Assembly (NCBI RefSeq): GCF_001194135.2
Contig: NC_068982.1
Coordinates: forward strand, 121,190,226-121,254,225
Source of the DNA: Octopus bimaculoides
Lineage: Eukaryota
Length of the DNA: 64,000 nucleotides
Direction of reading: 5' to 3'
Shown here: in pieces, positions 38,179-50,929 of the stretch
How positions within the stretch are numbered: the stretch's first letter is position 1
Layout: every line of letters begins with the position of its first letter
Position numbers and translations under genes: made by a program
Notes under the pieces: model-generated
The model's input: only the letters and a program-made list of their open reading frames with translations
Database searches by the model: none
What the model was told of the DNA's origin: nothing

Positions 38179-39355
38179 ACACATTTACTTTCTTAATCTA
38201 CCATTAAGCACAAACCTAATATTTACATCTTGATTTTATTTTGTTTTCTATTATTTTCTCCGTTAATTTCAAACACACACACAAACACACACGCACATGC
38301 GCACACGCGTGTCTGTCTGTGTGTGTATGTGTATCTATCTATCTATCTATCTATTCATAAATTACTCATCATATGATGGGAAAATTTGTAAGTATATTTT
38401 TGTTACCATAGGTAATATCAGAAATATTGCATATGTACAATGGTTTGTAATTTAACTTTTATCAAATCTCTTGAGTTTAGTAGAAAATAATAAAATGACT
38501 ATTTATTTATCTTAAATAAAACAAATTTTTCATTTGTATAACTTCTTCCATAACTACTAGTCATAACTACTAGTAATTTAATCCCCTTCCTCCAACTCTA
38601 TTGTCTCTGTGATTCTTTCTCTCTCACTGTGTGTTTTTGCGCGTGTGTATGTGTGCGTGCGTGTGTGTGTGTATGGTATTTCTTTACTCATTACTTGCTA
38701 CCAAGTGTGGTATGTGCACTAATCTTACATCTCTCATGTTAGCACTCTGTATTACTTTTTTAGTCTCTTTCACCTATTTTTCTTTACGACATAAAGCGTG
38801 ACAAGAGCTATCAACCAACCACACAGCCAACTAACATTTATATCGTCTATTATTATATAGAGATATATGTCTGTATGTATGTGTGTCATTATAAGAACTG
38901 TGACAATGGGGGAAAATATGTAACTCTTCCGTCTACCTACAGAATTATTGCTATAGCGGCTTAAATTTTAGTGTAATTAAACATTGAAGATAAAAATATC
39001 AATGTATTATTTAATGTTTGATTCTATTATCTATGTACTGCAACTGAAAATGATAATTCTTGCTAGGTCTTTGGTTTATATGCATAAGGATGTACTAATG
39101 ATATTTTAGAACTTTTGGATTATTTTTATGGGAGTCAATTCATGTCACCCACGCACACAGATACACGTATACAAATATGATAATGTGCATACAGGCGTAC
39201 ATGAATGCATGTATATACTACGTATGTATGTATGTATGTATGTATGTATGTATTATGTATGTATGTATGTATGTATTATGTATGTATGTATGTGAATGAA
39301 TACATATGTGCCAACGCACGAAACTCTCCGATCTTGAGTCACTCTGTTACTTCAG

Positions 39356-39415
<60 letters not shown>

Positions 39416-39418
39416 AAT

Positions 39419-39686
39419 AAAAAAAACGAAGAGCAAACACAAAAAACAACAACACAAGGACGTGATACATGTAAAGTATTAGCAGACGCTCACAGAAGGA
39501 AAGAAAGATGGTTTTACGCTTCGAGCAAAGCTCTTCTTCAGAAACAGGAGACAGTGGAAAGTCCAATTGAAAAGGAAGACGGAGGAAAAAAATCGCCTTT
39601 CTTTCCTTCCCTGAGCGCCTGCAAATATTTTACACGTACCACGTCCTCGCGTTGTTGGTCTTTTGTGTTTGTTCTTCGTTTTTTTT
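39419..39686. mobile_element. fold-back element, ~90-bp arms (39419-39507, 39597-39686), hammerhead in the spacer
   Basis: aaaacgaaga.caaacacaaaa..aggacgtg.tac.tgtaaa..gctca..gaaggaaagaaag is matched in reverse. Confidence 0.85.
39511..39545 (-). ncRNA. minimal type I hammerhead (G at position 15.1)
   Basis: GUUU CUGAAGA A GAGC UUU GCUC GAA GCGUA AAAC. Confidence 0.7.
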
Positions 39687-40209
39687 TTTGTGTGGAGTGA
39701 TTTACTATTTACCGCACACTCACATGGACCCCCCCCCCCGGCCTACTTTAGAGTACCTAATTCGCAGAATTCTTTCTTCCATCGGATTACATTACTTTGT
39801 TCATTCGGAATACGTCATTTCTGCACCTTAATTGTGAATTATATATATTGTAAATAGGTATGATTGTAGTGATAGTTGTACGTAGAGACTTTAGTCTCTC
39901 TCTATCACCTTTCAACAGCATTTTTAATGAAGAGACATTAGAACAATTAACAATATAATAAAAAGGTTTTATTTATGACTATGATGCTTGGTTTCACAAT
40001 TCCTGTCATTCTGCTTCGCCGCCGCTGATTTAGATGTAGTTTTGTAATGGAAGGTTAAGGTCTTCCTTGATGCCTGCCAGAGAAGCAAGTAGCTATCACA
40101 TCGATAGCATCATGGTGAAAAGTGCTTCGTGGAGGAGCGAAGTGTTGTCATGCAGAAGGTCTGAGCTCAACTCCCTGAGATAATGAAAGTAACTGCTTAA
40201 GTACGAGTT

Positions 40210-40310
40210 TTACTACGCATGCGCAAATCGAGGGGCTTCCGGTGGTGAAGTCCCCATGTGCATGCGCAGAATAGTACTTCCTCAATGGCGGCTATATTTT
40301 CGCGCCACTA
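40210..40310. promoter_or_regulatory. CpG-rich motif cluster (NRF1-like x2, ETS, YY1-like, E2F-like)
   Basis: cgcatgcgc, cttccgg, tgcatgcgca, aatggcggc and tttcgcgc within 100 bp. Could be a TE 5' region, since gcatgcgc also occurs in TEs at about 20526 and 48793. Confidence 0.35.
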
Positions 40311-40415
40311 CAATATGATATATAAGTTGAATAAAGTTAAAACATGGTCTGGTTTTCACGTTTTTCATTATGGTATTTTAACATTAAAAAAATATTTTGT
40401 AATGCTTATAAAGTT

Positions 40416-40454
40416 AAATTAGGGCTTTCATACATAATGTAATCATCAGATTTC
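40416..40454 (-). ncRNA. candidate minimal hammerhead
   Basis: AAAU CUGAUGA U UACA UUA UGUA U GAA AGCCCUA AUUU; stems I and II pair, 10.1-11.1 is U-U, stem III is not palindromic. Confidence 0.45.
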
Positions 40455-40961
40455 AAATGTGTTTAACTGACAGTTGAGTTCTTAACAACTTTAGTACCTC
40501 TTAGAACGCTCCAACAAGCTGATTTTTTAGAATACCTTTTTAACAAATTCGCATGCATTTTAAACATCACGGTTTGCCAGTCGTACCGATAATCTGTAAC
40601 TTGTTTGTATTTATATGCTAGAGATATTTTTTAATCCATATCATTAACTGGTTATTATATTATTGCTGTTATTTCCGTTCAGAACAAGTTTGAACATTTT
40701 AATAAACCGTTTTTCTTTTATCTTTCTTCCAACTTCACTTGTGTCATGTAGTTTGTGGAAAGGAAAAATTAAAAACATTTTCTGACCACATGTCTGAGTA
40801 AGTTCGGTCAATGGAATTTGGCAAACATTGGTGTTCCGGATTTGTTGTTTGTAGACTAGTGGGCATTCCGATAATGCATTCCCTGTCTCGCCTGTATGAT
40901 TCCTCGCAATTCGGACAGTTAATGCATTAGATGAAATTTCTGCTTTTGCAGTTCATATCTG

Positions 40962-40993
<32 letters not shown>

Positions 40994-41062
40994 CATACAT
41001 ACATACATANNNNNNNNNNACATACATACATACATACATACATGCAAGCATGCATGCATACA

Positions 41063-41257
41063 TTCTTTTACTTGTTTCAGTCATTTGACTGCAGCCATAC
41101 TGAAGCACTGCCTTTAGTCGAACAAATTGACACCAGGATTTATTCTTTGTAAGCCTTGTACTTATTCTATCGGTCTCTTTGCCGAATCGCTAAGTTGCGA
41201 GGACGTAAACACACCAACATCGGTTGTCAAGAAATGGTGAGGGGACAAACACAGACA

Positions 41258-41306
<49 letters not shown>

Positions 41307-41450
41307 GACAGGCTTCTTTCAGTTTCCGTCTACCAAATCCACTCAGAAGACTTTGGTCGGCCCGAAGCTATAGTAGAAGACATTTGCCCAAGGTGCCACA
41401 CAGTGTGACTGAACCCGGAACCATGTGGTTGGTAAGCAAGCTACTTACCA
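41063..41450 (-). mobile_element. SINE family B
   Basis: Reverse-strand full body. Confidence 0.9.
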
Positions 41451-41632
41451 CGTGCTGAAAAGTTCCTTGGTTTAAGGACGCTGCGAAAGGCCTGGTTGGC
41501 GGCCCAACCACCCGAGTTCATTTACAGGAACTGGAGAACTGCTGTAACAAGTACGTGAATCTGTGAGGTGGATATGTCGGATAATATCATAATTAACTGG
41601 TTCTCCTGTATTTTTTGCCCAAAGCTAGGAAC
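41451..41632 (+). mobile_element. mariner-derived MITE (family of 3316-3542)
   Basis: gtgctgaaaagttcc..aaaggcctg..gtgaatctg.gaggtggatatgtcggataa. Confidence 0.75.
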
Positions 41633-42035
41633 TGCGTGGTAAGAAGCTTGCTTCCCAGTCACATGGTTTTGGGTTCAGTCCTACTGTGTGGTACCTTGGG
41701 CAAGTGTCTTTTTCTATAGCCTCGGGCCGACCAAAGCCTTGTGAGTGGATTTAGTAGATGGAAACTGAAAGAAGCTCGTCGTATATGTGTGTGTGTTTGT
41801 GTGTATGTGTGTGTATATTTGTATGTCTGTGTTTGCCCCCCCCCCACCACCACCATCGCTTGACAACCAATGCTGTTATGCTTACGTCCCCGTAACGTAG
41901 CGGTTCGGCAAAAGAGACCGATAGAATAAGTACTAGGCTCACAAAGAATAAGTCCTGGGATCGATTTGTTTGACAAAGGCAGTGCTCCAGCATAACCGCA
42001 GTCAAATGACTGTAACAAGTAAAAGAATAAAAGAA
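41633..42035 (+). mobile_element. SINE family B
   Basis: Forward full body, head-to-head with 41063-41450. Confidence 0.9.
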
Positions 42036-42174
42036 TATATATATATATANNNNNNNNNNNNNNNNNNNNNNNNNNNNNNNNNNNNNNNNNNNNNNNNNNN
42101 NNNNNNNNNNNNNNNNNNNNNNNNNNNNNNNNNNNNNNNNNNNAGTAAAAGAATAAAAGAATATATATATATAA

Positions 42175-42207
<33 letters not shown>

Positions 42208-42245
42208 TACATACATACATATGTGTGTGTGTGTGTGTGTGTGTT

Positions 42246-42290
<45 letters not shown>

Positions 42291-43113
42291 CATTAGACAT
42301 TAACTGTAAGTCTACAAAATGCGACATCTGATGAACTTCAATCATTGCATTTACATTACTAAATAAATGTTTGCTTGCTTTTCACTTTCATTTATAGTAA
42401 AGATGTAGGAACTAAATTTAAAATTACACAAGGGAGAATAAAAAATATTAGCAAAAGCAAAAGTGTATAGATATCGATGTTATTTTTATAATGAAAATAA
42501 AGTCAATTTTATGAAGTGTCAGATCATAATTTTTGTGGGCGAGATTGTTGAATAGGATCGATAAAAACCCATTAAAAATTTTGTTCCTTTTTATATCGGT
42601 GGTAAAAACGCATCTAGCTGAAGGCATTTCTTGGAATCGTCTTCAATTTCGTTTTAGTGTCATCTCAGTGTATTTATGTCAAGATGCATCAGCATTTTGG
42701 GACATTTGAGGAGGTGTTAGTCTAATAAAGTCCTTCAGTGTAACTATATCATTTTTGTCTTAAATGGCTCTTTTAGTACATTTCAATATTAATATATTGA
42801 ATATGAACTTCCGAGCTATGACTTTTACACATTTTTTATTTTTTATATTAATTTCTGCTTTTGTCATTCTGGTTTCTCTGAATGCAACAACTTAGAACCC
42901 AGAGTCTGTTAGAAGGTCTGGTTACTTAATGGAAACCCGTACCATTCCTAGTAAAACGGAACCATTCCTTTCTCATAACGGCTTTAACAAATGATAACAA
43001 AACGTTATCATTTCTTTAAAAAAAACAAAATATTTCTTTGTTTTATACAAATTTTTAAAATATTGTAAATATCATTAAGACATCACAAACAATTTTTAAA
43101 GGAAAAAATTATA

Positions 43114-43154
<41 letters not shown>

Positions 43155-43499
43155 CACGCGCGCGCGCATATTTATTGATAATTTTTATCTTCTAAACAAA
43201 TGTTTAATTCTCTATCAGAAAATATTAATTAAAAAAGCTAAAATGGAAAAACAAATATCAAAAAATATTTTGTTTTATTTTCATATATATTTTTCTAGTT
43301 TTTCTAGTTTTCTATTTTAGTATTTTGAAATGCATTTTCAACTTGTTATCAATTTAATAAAGCAACAACAGGGATTTCCACCAAAATAACTCAAAATTAT
43401 AAGTTTGCTATTATATTTCATTGCTAAGGTCAACCTAACAGTCTTAGGGTGACATTATCTATACATTTAAAACTGAGGATGTATGTGTTGTGTAAACCT

Positions 43500-43833
43500 G
43501 CATAAATTTTGAAGTTCGCAACTGATTTTCTCCAAACTAGGAACATACATTACTTATGTACCGACAGCCACAAAGAAGAATATATTCACTGAGAGCTTTT
43601 TGGTGCGTTCAAAAATCACATACACCACCACCCACTTTTCCATGACAAGGTTAGTGCCTGGGATCTTCCAAACAGACCCATGACATATCACTTAGTCGAA
43701 TTAGCCCTTCACTTACTCTACAAATGTTTTGTCGTCCATGCTGTATTTCCCCCGTATCATACTTCAACTTAACTGTACCGCATATACAAACTATGTCATT
43801 TAAATCCCGAGCAACATCTGGTATCTCTGCTAG
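43500..43833 (-). mobile_element. possible non-autonomous Helitron-like element end
   Basis: Terminus reads actagcagagataccagatgttgctcggg on the minus strand, resembling the CTAG/hairpin ends of invertebrate Helitron-like repeats. Confidence 0.35.
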
Positions 43834-44045
43834 TTTTAATTAAATCCCAGGTGTATCTACAAATAAAGCGTTTAATCTGAAGATGGATTTTGAACTGAAA
43901 TGGTACTACCGACTTCTGAAGGTAATGCAATTTTAGTTAAACCTCAGGTGTAACTAGTGCTGAAATAGTATTTCCCTATATCTGGTGTGGCATTGACATA
44001 TTGCAGGTGATAACAAAATGAAATTTAGCATCTGTGGGGATACAT

Positions 44046-44117
<72 letters not shown>

Positions 44118-44344
44118 CTTATCTCAAATTCTCGTTCATTCACCCTATTCTTTCTCTCTCTATATATATAACTTGAGAAGGATCTTTATCTTTATATATA
44201 TATATGACTTGGGAAGGATCTTTATCTTATATATGATCTTTATCTTATATATATATATAAAGAGTAAAAATTAATATTATTGAATAATTTCAGTTTCAAC
44301 TAGTGGTCAGCATACTTATAAACGTCCGAGGACCGTGATTTTTA

Positions 44345-44502
44345 TTTAAACATAAACAATATGAGAGATCACTATATGGATTCCTTGTATGCTAAACCGT
44401 CTTACCACTAAATCTGTAATCTGTATTCTCAAGACGGTTTGACGTCTGTATTTAGCATACAAGGGATCCATATAGTGATCTCTCATATTGTTTATATTTA
44501 AA
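44345..44502. repeat. hairpin with 52-bp arms (2 mismatches) and a nested 10-bp inverted repeat
   Basis: 44345-44396 versus 44451-44502; aaaccgtctt / aagacggttt inside. Confidence 0.9.
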
Positions 44503-45689
44503 TATATATATATATATATGTATTTGTATGTATGTATGTATGTATGTATGTATGTATGTGCATACGTGTGTTTGCGTATGTATTCATGTATGTATATGTA
44601 TATACGAATCTGTTTATTTGATTAGGTAATAGGCGTAGATGTATAGCTATGTGTATGTGCATGAATCTATTTCTATCTATACATGTACGTATATGTAGAT
44701 GGATACATGTGTGTATATGGGGACATGCACACATATGTGTATATTTGTATATGCGTGGGTACGTATGTGCNNNNNNNNNNNNNNNNNNNNNNNNNNNNNN
44801 NNNNNNNNNNNNNNNNNNNNNNNNNNNNNNNNNNNNNNNNNNNNNNNNNNNNNNNNNNNNNNNNNNNNNNNNNNNNNNNNNNNNNNNNNNNNNNNNNNNN
44901 NNNNNNNNNNNNNNNNNNNNNNNNNNNNNNNNNNNNNNNNNNNNNNNNNNNNNNNNNNNNNNNNNNNNNNNNNNNNNNNNNNNNNNNNNNNNNNNNNNNN
45001 NNNNNNNNNNNNNNNNNNNNNNNNNNNNNNNNNNNNNNNNNNNNNNNNNNNNNNNNNNNNNNNNNNNNNNNNNNNNNNNNNNNNNNNNNNNNNNNNNNNN
45101 NNNNNNNNNNNNNNNNNNNNNNNNNNNNNNNNNNNNNNNNNNNNNNNNNNNNNNNNNNNNNNNNNNNNNNNNNNNNNNNNNNNNNNNNNNNNNNNNNNNN
45201 NNNNNNNNNNNNNNNNNNNNNNNNNNNNNNNNNNNNNNNNNNNNNNNNNNNNNNNNNNNNNNNNNNNNNNNNNNNNNNNNNNNNNNNNNNNNNNNNNNNN
45301 NNNNNNNNNNNNNNNNNNNNNNNNNNNNNNNNNNNNNNNNNNNNNNNNNNNNNNNNNNNNNNNNNNNNNNNNNNNNNNNNNNNNNNNNNNNNNNNNNNNN
45401 NNNNNNNNNNNNNNNNNNNNNNNNNNNNNNNNNNNNNNNNNNNNNNNNNNNNNNNNNNNNNNNNNNNNNNNNNNNNNNNNNNNNNNNNNNNNNNNNNNNN
45501 NNNNNNNNNNNNNNNNNNNNNNNNNNNNNNNNNNNNNNNNNNNNNNNNNNNNNNNNNNNNNNNNNNNNNNNNNNNNNNNNNNNNNNNNNNNNNNNNNNNN
45601 NNNNNNNNNNNNNNNNNNNNNNNNNNNNNNNNNNNNNNNNNNNNNNNNNNNNNNNNNNNNNNNNNNNNNNNNTTATATATATATATACA

Positions 45690-45852
45690 CCACGGGCTTC
45701 TTTCAGTTTTCGTCTACCAAATCCACTTACAAGACTTTCGTCGGTTCAAGGCTATAGTAAAAGACACTTGCCCAAGGTGTCACACATTGAAACTGAACCC
45801 CAAACCATGGGGTTTGTGAAGCAAAGGGTCTTACCATACAGTCACACCTGCG
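45690..45852 (-). mobile_element. SINE family B, 5' half
   Basis: gggcttctttcagtttt..gacacttgcccaagg. Confidence 0.85.
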
Positions 45853-46097
45853 CCTATATATATAAATAGATGTAAATTACTTTCTATACCTTTCCCTCTC
45901 ATCTCCACTGTATACCCTCTTTCTATCCTAGTGCCTTTATCTGTTTACTTCTGAAAATGAAATGATTGAAGCTCCCACTGAGTTAAAAATACACATACAT
46001 CACACATACCCTCACAATATATATTACACAATAACGAACCATGTTAACAGTATATAGTATACAATAATGAACCATATTAGCAATATATATATATATA

Positions 46098-47456
46098 CAA
46101 GGTTGAATCAAAAGTTTTTCGTATTTGAAGCTTTAATTAATACTTCAAAAAATTACGCATGAAAAGCGTTTATACATCAAAATATATTCCATCAAATTCT
46201 ACTGAGTATTGTCACTGTTATGCCGGAAGCTCAATTCCACACTTGTACCGTTTCACTGGTTTAGAAATAAAAATCCTCCTGCACCCGTTTTCAACCTCAT
46301 CCACATTGTTGAACCTCTATACATGCAGGAAATGAGCCACGGCTTGGAAAAGGTGGTAATCTGATGGTGCAAGGTCTGGACTGCAGGCAGAGCGAGGCAG
46401 CACTTTCAGCCCCTCATGTTCCTCAAGTTTGCACTTGGCCAAATTGGCAGCGTATGCTGGGGCATTGTCATGATGCAGGAGTGTATGTCTTCTGTTGACT
46501 AATGCCAAGTCGCAGGCTTTCAAAAGATCATACACTTACTGCAGTTGTTGAGCATAAAGGTTAGCATTCACTGCATGACCATTTTGGAAAAGTTCAAAGT
46601 GCAACACCTCCTCGAAATTCCACCAAATATACAACATGACCTTCTGTTCAAAATGCCCTTATTTGACAACAGATTCTGAAGTCTGACCAGAATGAAGCCA
46701 CTGAATTCTCTAAGTAGAATTATAACAATAGATTCATTTTTCATTTTCAGTCATAATTCGATAGCAAAAAACAAGTATCTCGATGATTTGTCAGCAGTCG
46801 TTTGCAAATGTTCACACATCGTTGAACCTGGTCATTGTTCAGTTCATGTGGAGCTTCTTGAAAACGTATGTTCATGAGGTCTAGCTTATGGGGTTGCTGA
46901 TTGATAGTGCTTTGTGAAGGATCAAGTTATGCCAACAATGAACAAGTGCTTGTGTTTGGTTGTTCACCCATTTCAAGCAACGCCTCATCTTCCATAACAG
47001 ATCTCTCTGCCTTTGGTTTGTTTTCAAGGAAATGGCAGCGGCAAAAGAAGTAAATGATATAGAAGACCTAGGAAATATCAAAGAGCATGTGGTACAAAAC
47101 TAGTTCAGACACTTCAAGGCTGGTGTCACCTTCCTTGAAGTGTCTGAACCTGTTTTATGCCATATATTCTTTGATATTTCCTAGGTCTTCTACATCATTT
47201 ATTTCTTTTGCCGCTTCCATTGCACTCAGACCTTTTCCCTCACAAGTAGCGTAAAATGACTCTAGCTGCAATTTTTTCACTATGCATTACCAAAGCTGTG
47301 AAATAAAGACTAAGCAATTAATGTTTAGTTGTTATATATGAAAATAAAGAATTAACAATTCAGCAACGATTGGACAAGTTGTATCAAATTAATGAGATAA
47401 TACAAGTTGCCAAAAATAGCCAGTGAAAATACGAAAGCACATTTGACTCAACCTGA
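46098..47456 (-). mobile_element. full-length degenerate mariner inserted in a ~33-bp minisatellite
   Basis: Imperfect TIRs caaggttgaatcaaaag / catttgactcaacctga; LLHHDNAPAY and SPDLAPSDYHLF; acaataatgaaccat units on both flanks. Confidence 0.85.
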
Positions 47457-47829
47457 TATTATACAATAATGAATCATTCTAATAGTACATGTTACACAAT
47501 AATGAGTCATAACTAACAACAAATATTGTAAAATCATGAGTCATAATAGCAATAGATACTGGATAATAATGAGTTATGTATTATAAAAATATTAATCGTA
47601 TTAACAATGTATATGATACAATAATGAACCATACTAACAATAGTTATTACTCAATAGATCATAGTAACTATGTTACTAAATAGTGAGTCGTTCCCACCAG
47701 CCGTATTCTTCTTTCTTTTCCATCACATATGGTACCGTTTTAACCGCCTGCACTAGAAATTATCCTTTCTCATTCTAATCCTATTATCATAACTGAAAAC
47801 AATTACCTTCTAAGTCACAATCGAAAGAA

Positions 47830-48738
47830 CCAGCCAATTGAAACTTAAGTAATTGTCACAACTCTTCAGTATCCCTTCAAAAGCCTGATAGACCAACATG
47901 GGGTGCATGCAGATGTTTTCAAAACAAAACTGAATCCAATTATTTAAGATCCACAGATCCGGGCGCTTTCGCCGAATCCTCTCTCTCAAACGCTTCAAAA
48001 CGTCGCAGTAGAACTTTCGATTGACGATCTGGTCCTGAGGGGCGAATTCTCAATGTGCAATACCGCGGAAGTCGTGGAGATGAAAGTCTCTTCCGTTGTG
48101 ACAACTGCTGGTGGTGAAATCTTGACATGACGGATGGATTATCAGCTGCATAATGACGGAAATCTTAACAGAGTTCTTTCTGATCAGTGGTCAGCAGGCG
48201 GGGTACAAACTCGGCAGAGACACGTCGCATGTTCAATTCAGACGTCAGGATTGCCTACAGGAACCCATAGAGCAGACCAGCTACATCGGCAATGTCCTTG
48301 ATTGTTCTCCAACGACCCTCATGCACAAGCTGATGAATTTTCTCTACATTTCTGGCGTGACGCTTGTGGCAGGTCTTCCATATCGCTCATCGTCTTCCAG
48401 GGACGTTATTCCGCTTTTGAAGCGCCCGTACCACTCAAAACATTGCTTACGACCCACTGACGCGTCGCTGTAAGCTTGCCAGTGCATGCTCAATGTCTCT
48501 GCAGCAGACTTCCCAAGTTTAACGCAAAATTTCAAGTTGGCTCTTTTTTCCAACTTCCAGTGCATGACAAAATCGAAGACTACAGCATACACGTGATCAC
48601 AAAACACAAAATTCACCACTTGCGAAGTAAACGCTGCCTCATGAAGATCCCTGCTAGCTCTCACTGCGCACGCAACCGTGTACTGCCATCTGTTGGCGCG
48701 CTACAGAACTAGTCCGGGAACTTTTTGATACTACTTAG
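47830..48738 (-). mobile_element. mariner, 3'-truncated
   Basis: TIR-like tatcaaaaagttcccggac; EKRANLKFCVKLGKSAAET..WYGRFKSG..EDDERYGRP; LKRLRERIRRKRPDLW. Confidence 0.9.
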
Positions 48739-48746
48739 TATATGTA

Positions 48747-50035
48747 CAGGGTGCGATGGGAAAATTGTCATCATTTTATATTTTTAATTTCGCGCATGCG
48801 CATTGTTTGTCAACTACACAGTAAAGTAAGGTCAGTTGGGCACCATCTGTGAGAAATACAGCATCACGACGCAATTCGCTCTGCCAGAAATTTGGAAACG
48901 ACATGCTCTACTGTTTCACATTTGCGCTGGAAGCTCCAATACGAACATTTTAGAGCGTTTAGGTGTCAATCTGAGGATAATGCAGAGGATTCAGAAAGAG
49001 TTGGATGAGTCTAATGGTAATTATGAAGGTGCAGCAGCTCGGAAAACTCACTCTGATCGTTCTGATAAGAATAGAACTCCTGCATTTGTTAGTGAGATCC
49101 AGGCCATGATTGATAACGATCCCTCCAAGTCAATCAGGTCAATCGTCAGAGACATGGAATTGTCTGAGTTTCTTACCAGGCAGGTAGTGATTGAAAACAT
49201 GCAGTATTCCTCATACAAGATGAGAAAGGGCCAATTTTTATCCCACGCCACCAAGGACAAGAGGAAAGACTGCACTACGGAGCTTTTGAACAAACTCAAG
49301 CATCCCCTCCAACCAAACATTCTTTGGTTTTTCTCAGACAAGAAAAATTTCTGCCAGGATCAGATGCTGAGCACAGAACAACTGTTGGCTTGCCATGTCC
49401 CCAAAACATGTACCAATAGCGATAAAAATCAAACATCCAGTCAACATTATGGTGTTTGGAGTGATCACTAGTGATGGCAACATTATGCCTCCATTCATCT
49501 TCCTACACAGCCTCAGACTCAACACGGAGGCCTACATCAAGTGCCTAGAGGAGGTATGCTGCTCTGGATCAAGAGGTTGGCTGCTGGAAGATCCTGTATC
49601 TGGCAACAGGACTCCGTGCCATGCTACACAAGCAGGAGAACCCTGTAATGGCTGTCAGACAATTTCTGTGACCACATCACTCCTAACATCTGACTACCTA
49701 ACTCCCCAGACTGCAATACCCTTGATCATTATGTGTTGGGTACAATTGAGTGAAAGACTAACAAAACTCCTTGTAACACCAAAGATGAACCGAAGGCAAG
49801 GATTATGGCAGCATTCACCAACTTAAACAAGGAGACCACCCAGAAGAGTTGCAGGAGATTCTGAAGTTGTCTGGAGGCCGTGGTTGAAGCCAATCGCGAT
49901 TTTATTAAATAGATTTACTCTTTAATATTTCAAAATATTTTAATATAATTTTGATAAACATATCTGTTAAAATGAGATGTCAGTATTATTTCCATTTTTG
50001 TGCAATTTAGACGACAATGTATTCGCTGCACCCTG
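48747..50035 (+). mobile_element. maT / DD37D Tc1-mariner transposon, full length, inactivated
   Basis: TA|cagggtgc ... gcaccctg|TA; WFFSDKKNF, WQQDSVPC and PNSPDCNTLD with 37 codons between the second and third Asp; contains stops and frameshifts. Confidence 0.9.
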
Positions 50036-50389
50036 TATGTATATATATATATATATATAGATATATATATTGCTCGAAATGGGGAGTAGATTGACAGCTG
50101 ACAACTGGTGAAGGGTTATTCTTTGTATTACTTGTCCCTTTTTTACTCTCATTATTTGCATATTTAACTCATTTGTTTTTGTATTTCATGTTGTTTACTG
50201 TTGGTGACGTCCTGTACCCATATATGAGAAAAAGAAGATGAAGGGAAAAAATCGCCAACGACCCACATGTAGTTATATATAATAATATAGATTTAATCAA
50301 AAGATTAAACGTGGTACTTAAAATGCTTGAGGCACCAGAATTTGGTAGGATAAAAACCAAAAACAAAATCAAGAGATTTGGTGAATAAA

Positions 50390-50898
50390 ATTTGAAGTTA
50401 AGCAACAAAAATTCAATAGGTTATAGCAGTACGTACGTTTCGTACAAGCTCCATTTATTCATGTAGTGAGAACACCACAGAAAATACAATGAAAATGTAC
50501 TCCTCAGCTGCATAATGGAATTTCATTTTAGAAAGTCATTTTGAAGATGTTTGCAAAAAACAAGAGTAAGAGAAGAAAACACATCTCGACTATGCTGCTG
50601 TTTCACAGACAAGTGAATCAAACAAGAATTTAAAATCTAATTGGCAATTAGATTTTAAATTCTTGTTTGATTCACTTGTCTGTGAAACAGCAGCATAGTC
50701 GAGATGTATTTTCTTCTCTTACTCTTGTTTTTTGCAAACATCTTTAAAATGACTTTCTAAAATGAAATTCCATTATGCAGCTGAGGAGTACATTTTCATT
50801 GTATTTTCTGTGGTGTTCTCACTACATGAATAAATGGAGCTTGTACGAAATGTACGTATTGCTATAACCTATTGAATTTTTGTTGCTTAACTTAAAAT
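50390..50898. repeat. 509-bp near-perfect palindrome (254-bp arms, 1-nt loop at 50644)
   Basis: Position p pairs with 101288-p throughout, no indels, about five mismatches. Confidence 0.95.
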
Positions 50899-50929
50899 GT
50901 AGTTATATATATGTATGTATAGATCTATA

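Noticed and set aside
42005-42175. Repeated SINE tail agtaaaagaataaaagaa
   Set aside because: Flanks an N gap; probable assembly redundancy.
43875-43910. ctgaagatgg..ctgaaatggta hammerhead-like words
   Set aside because: Stems I and II do not pair.
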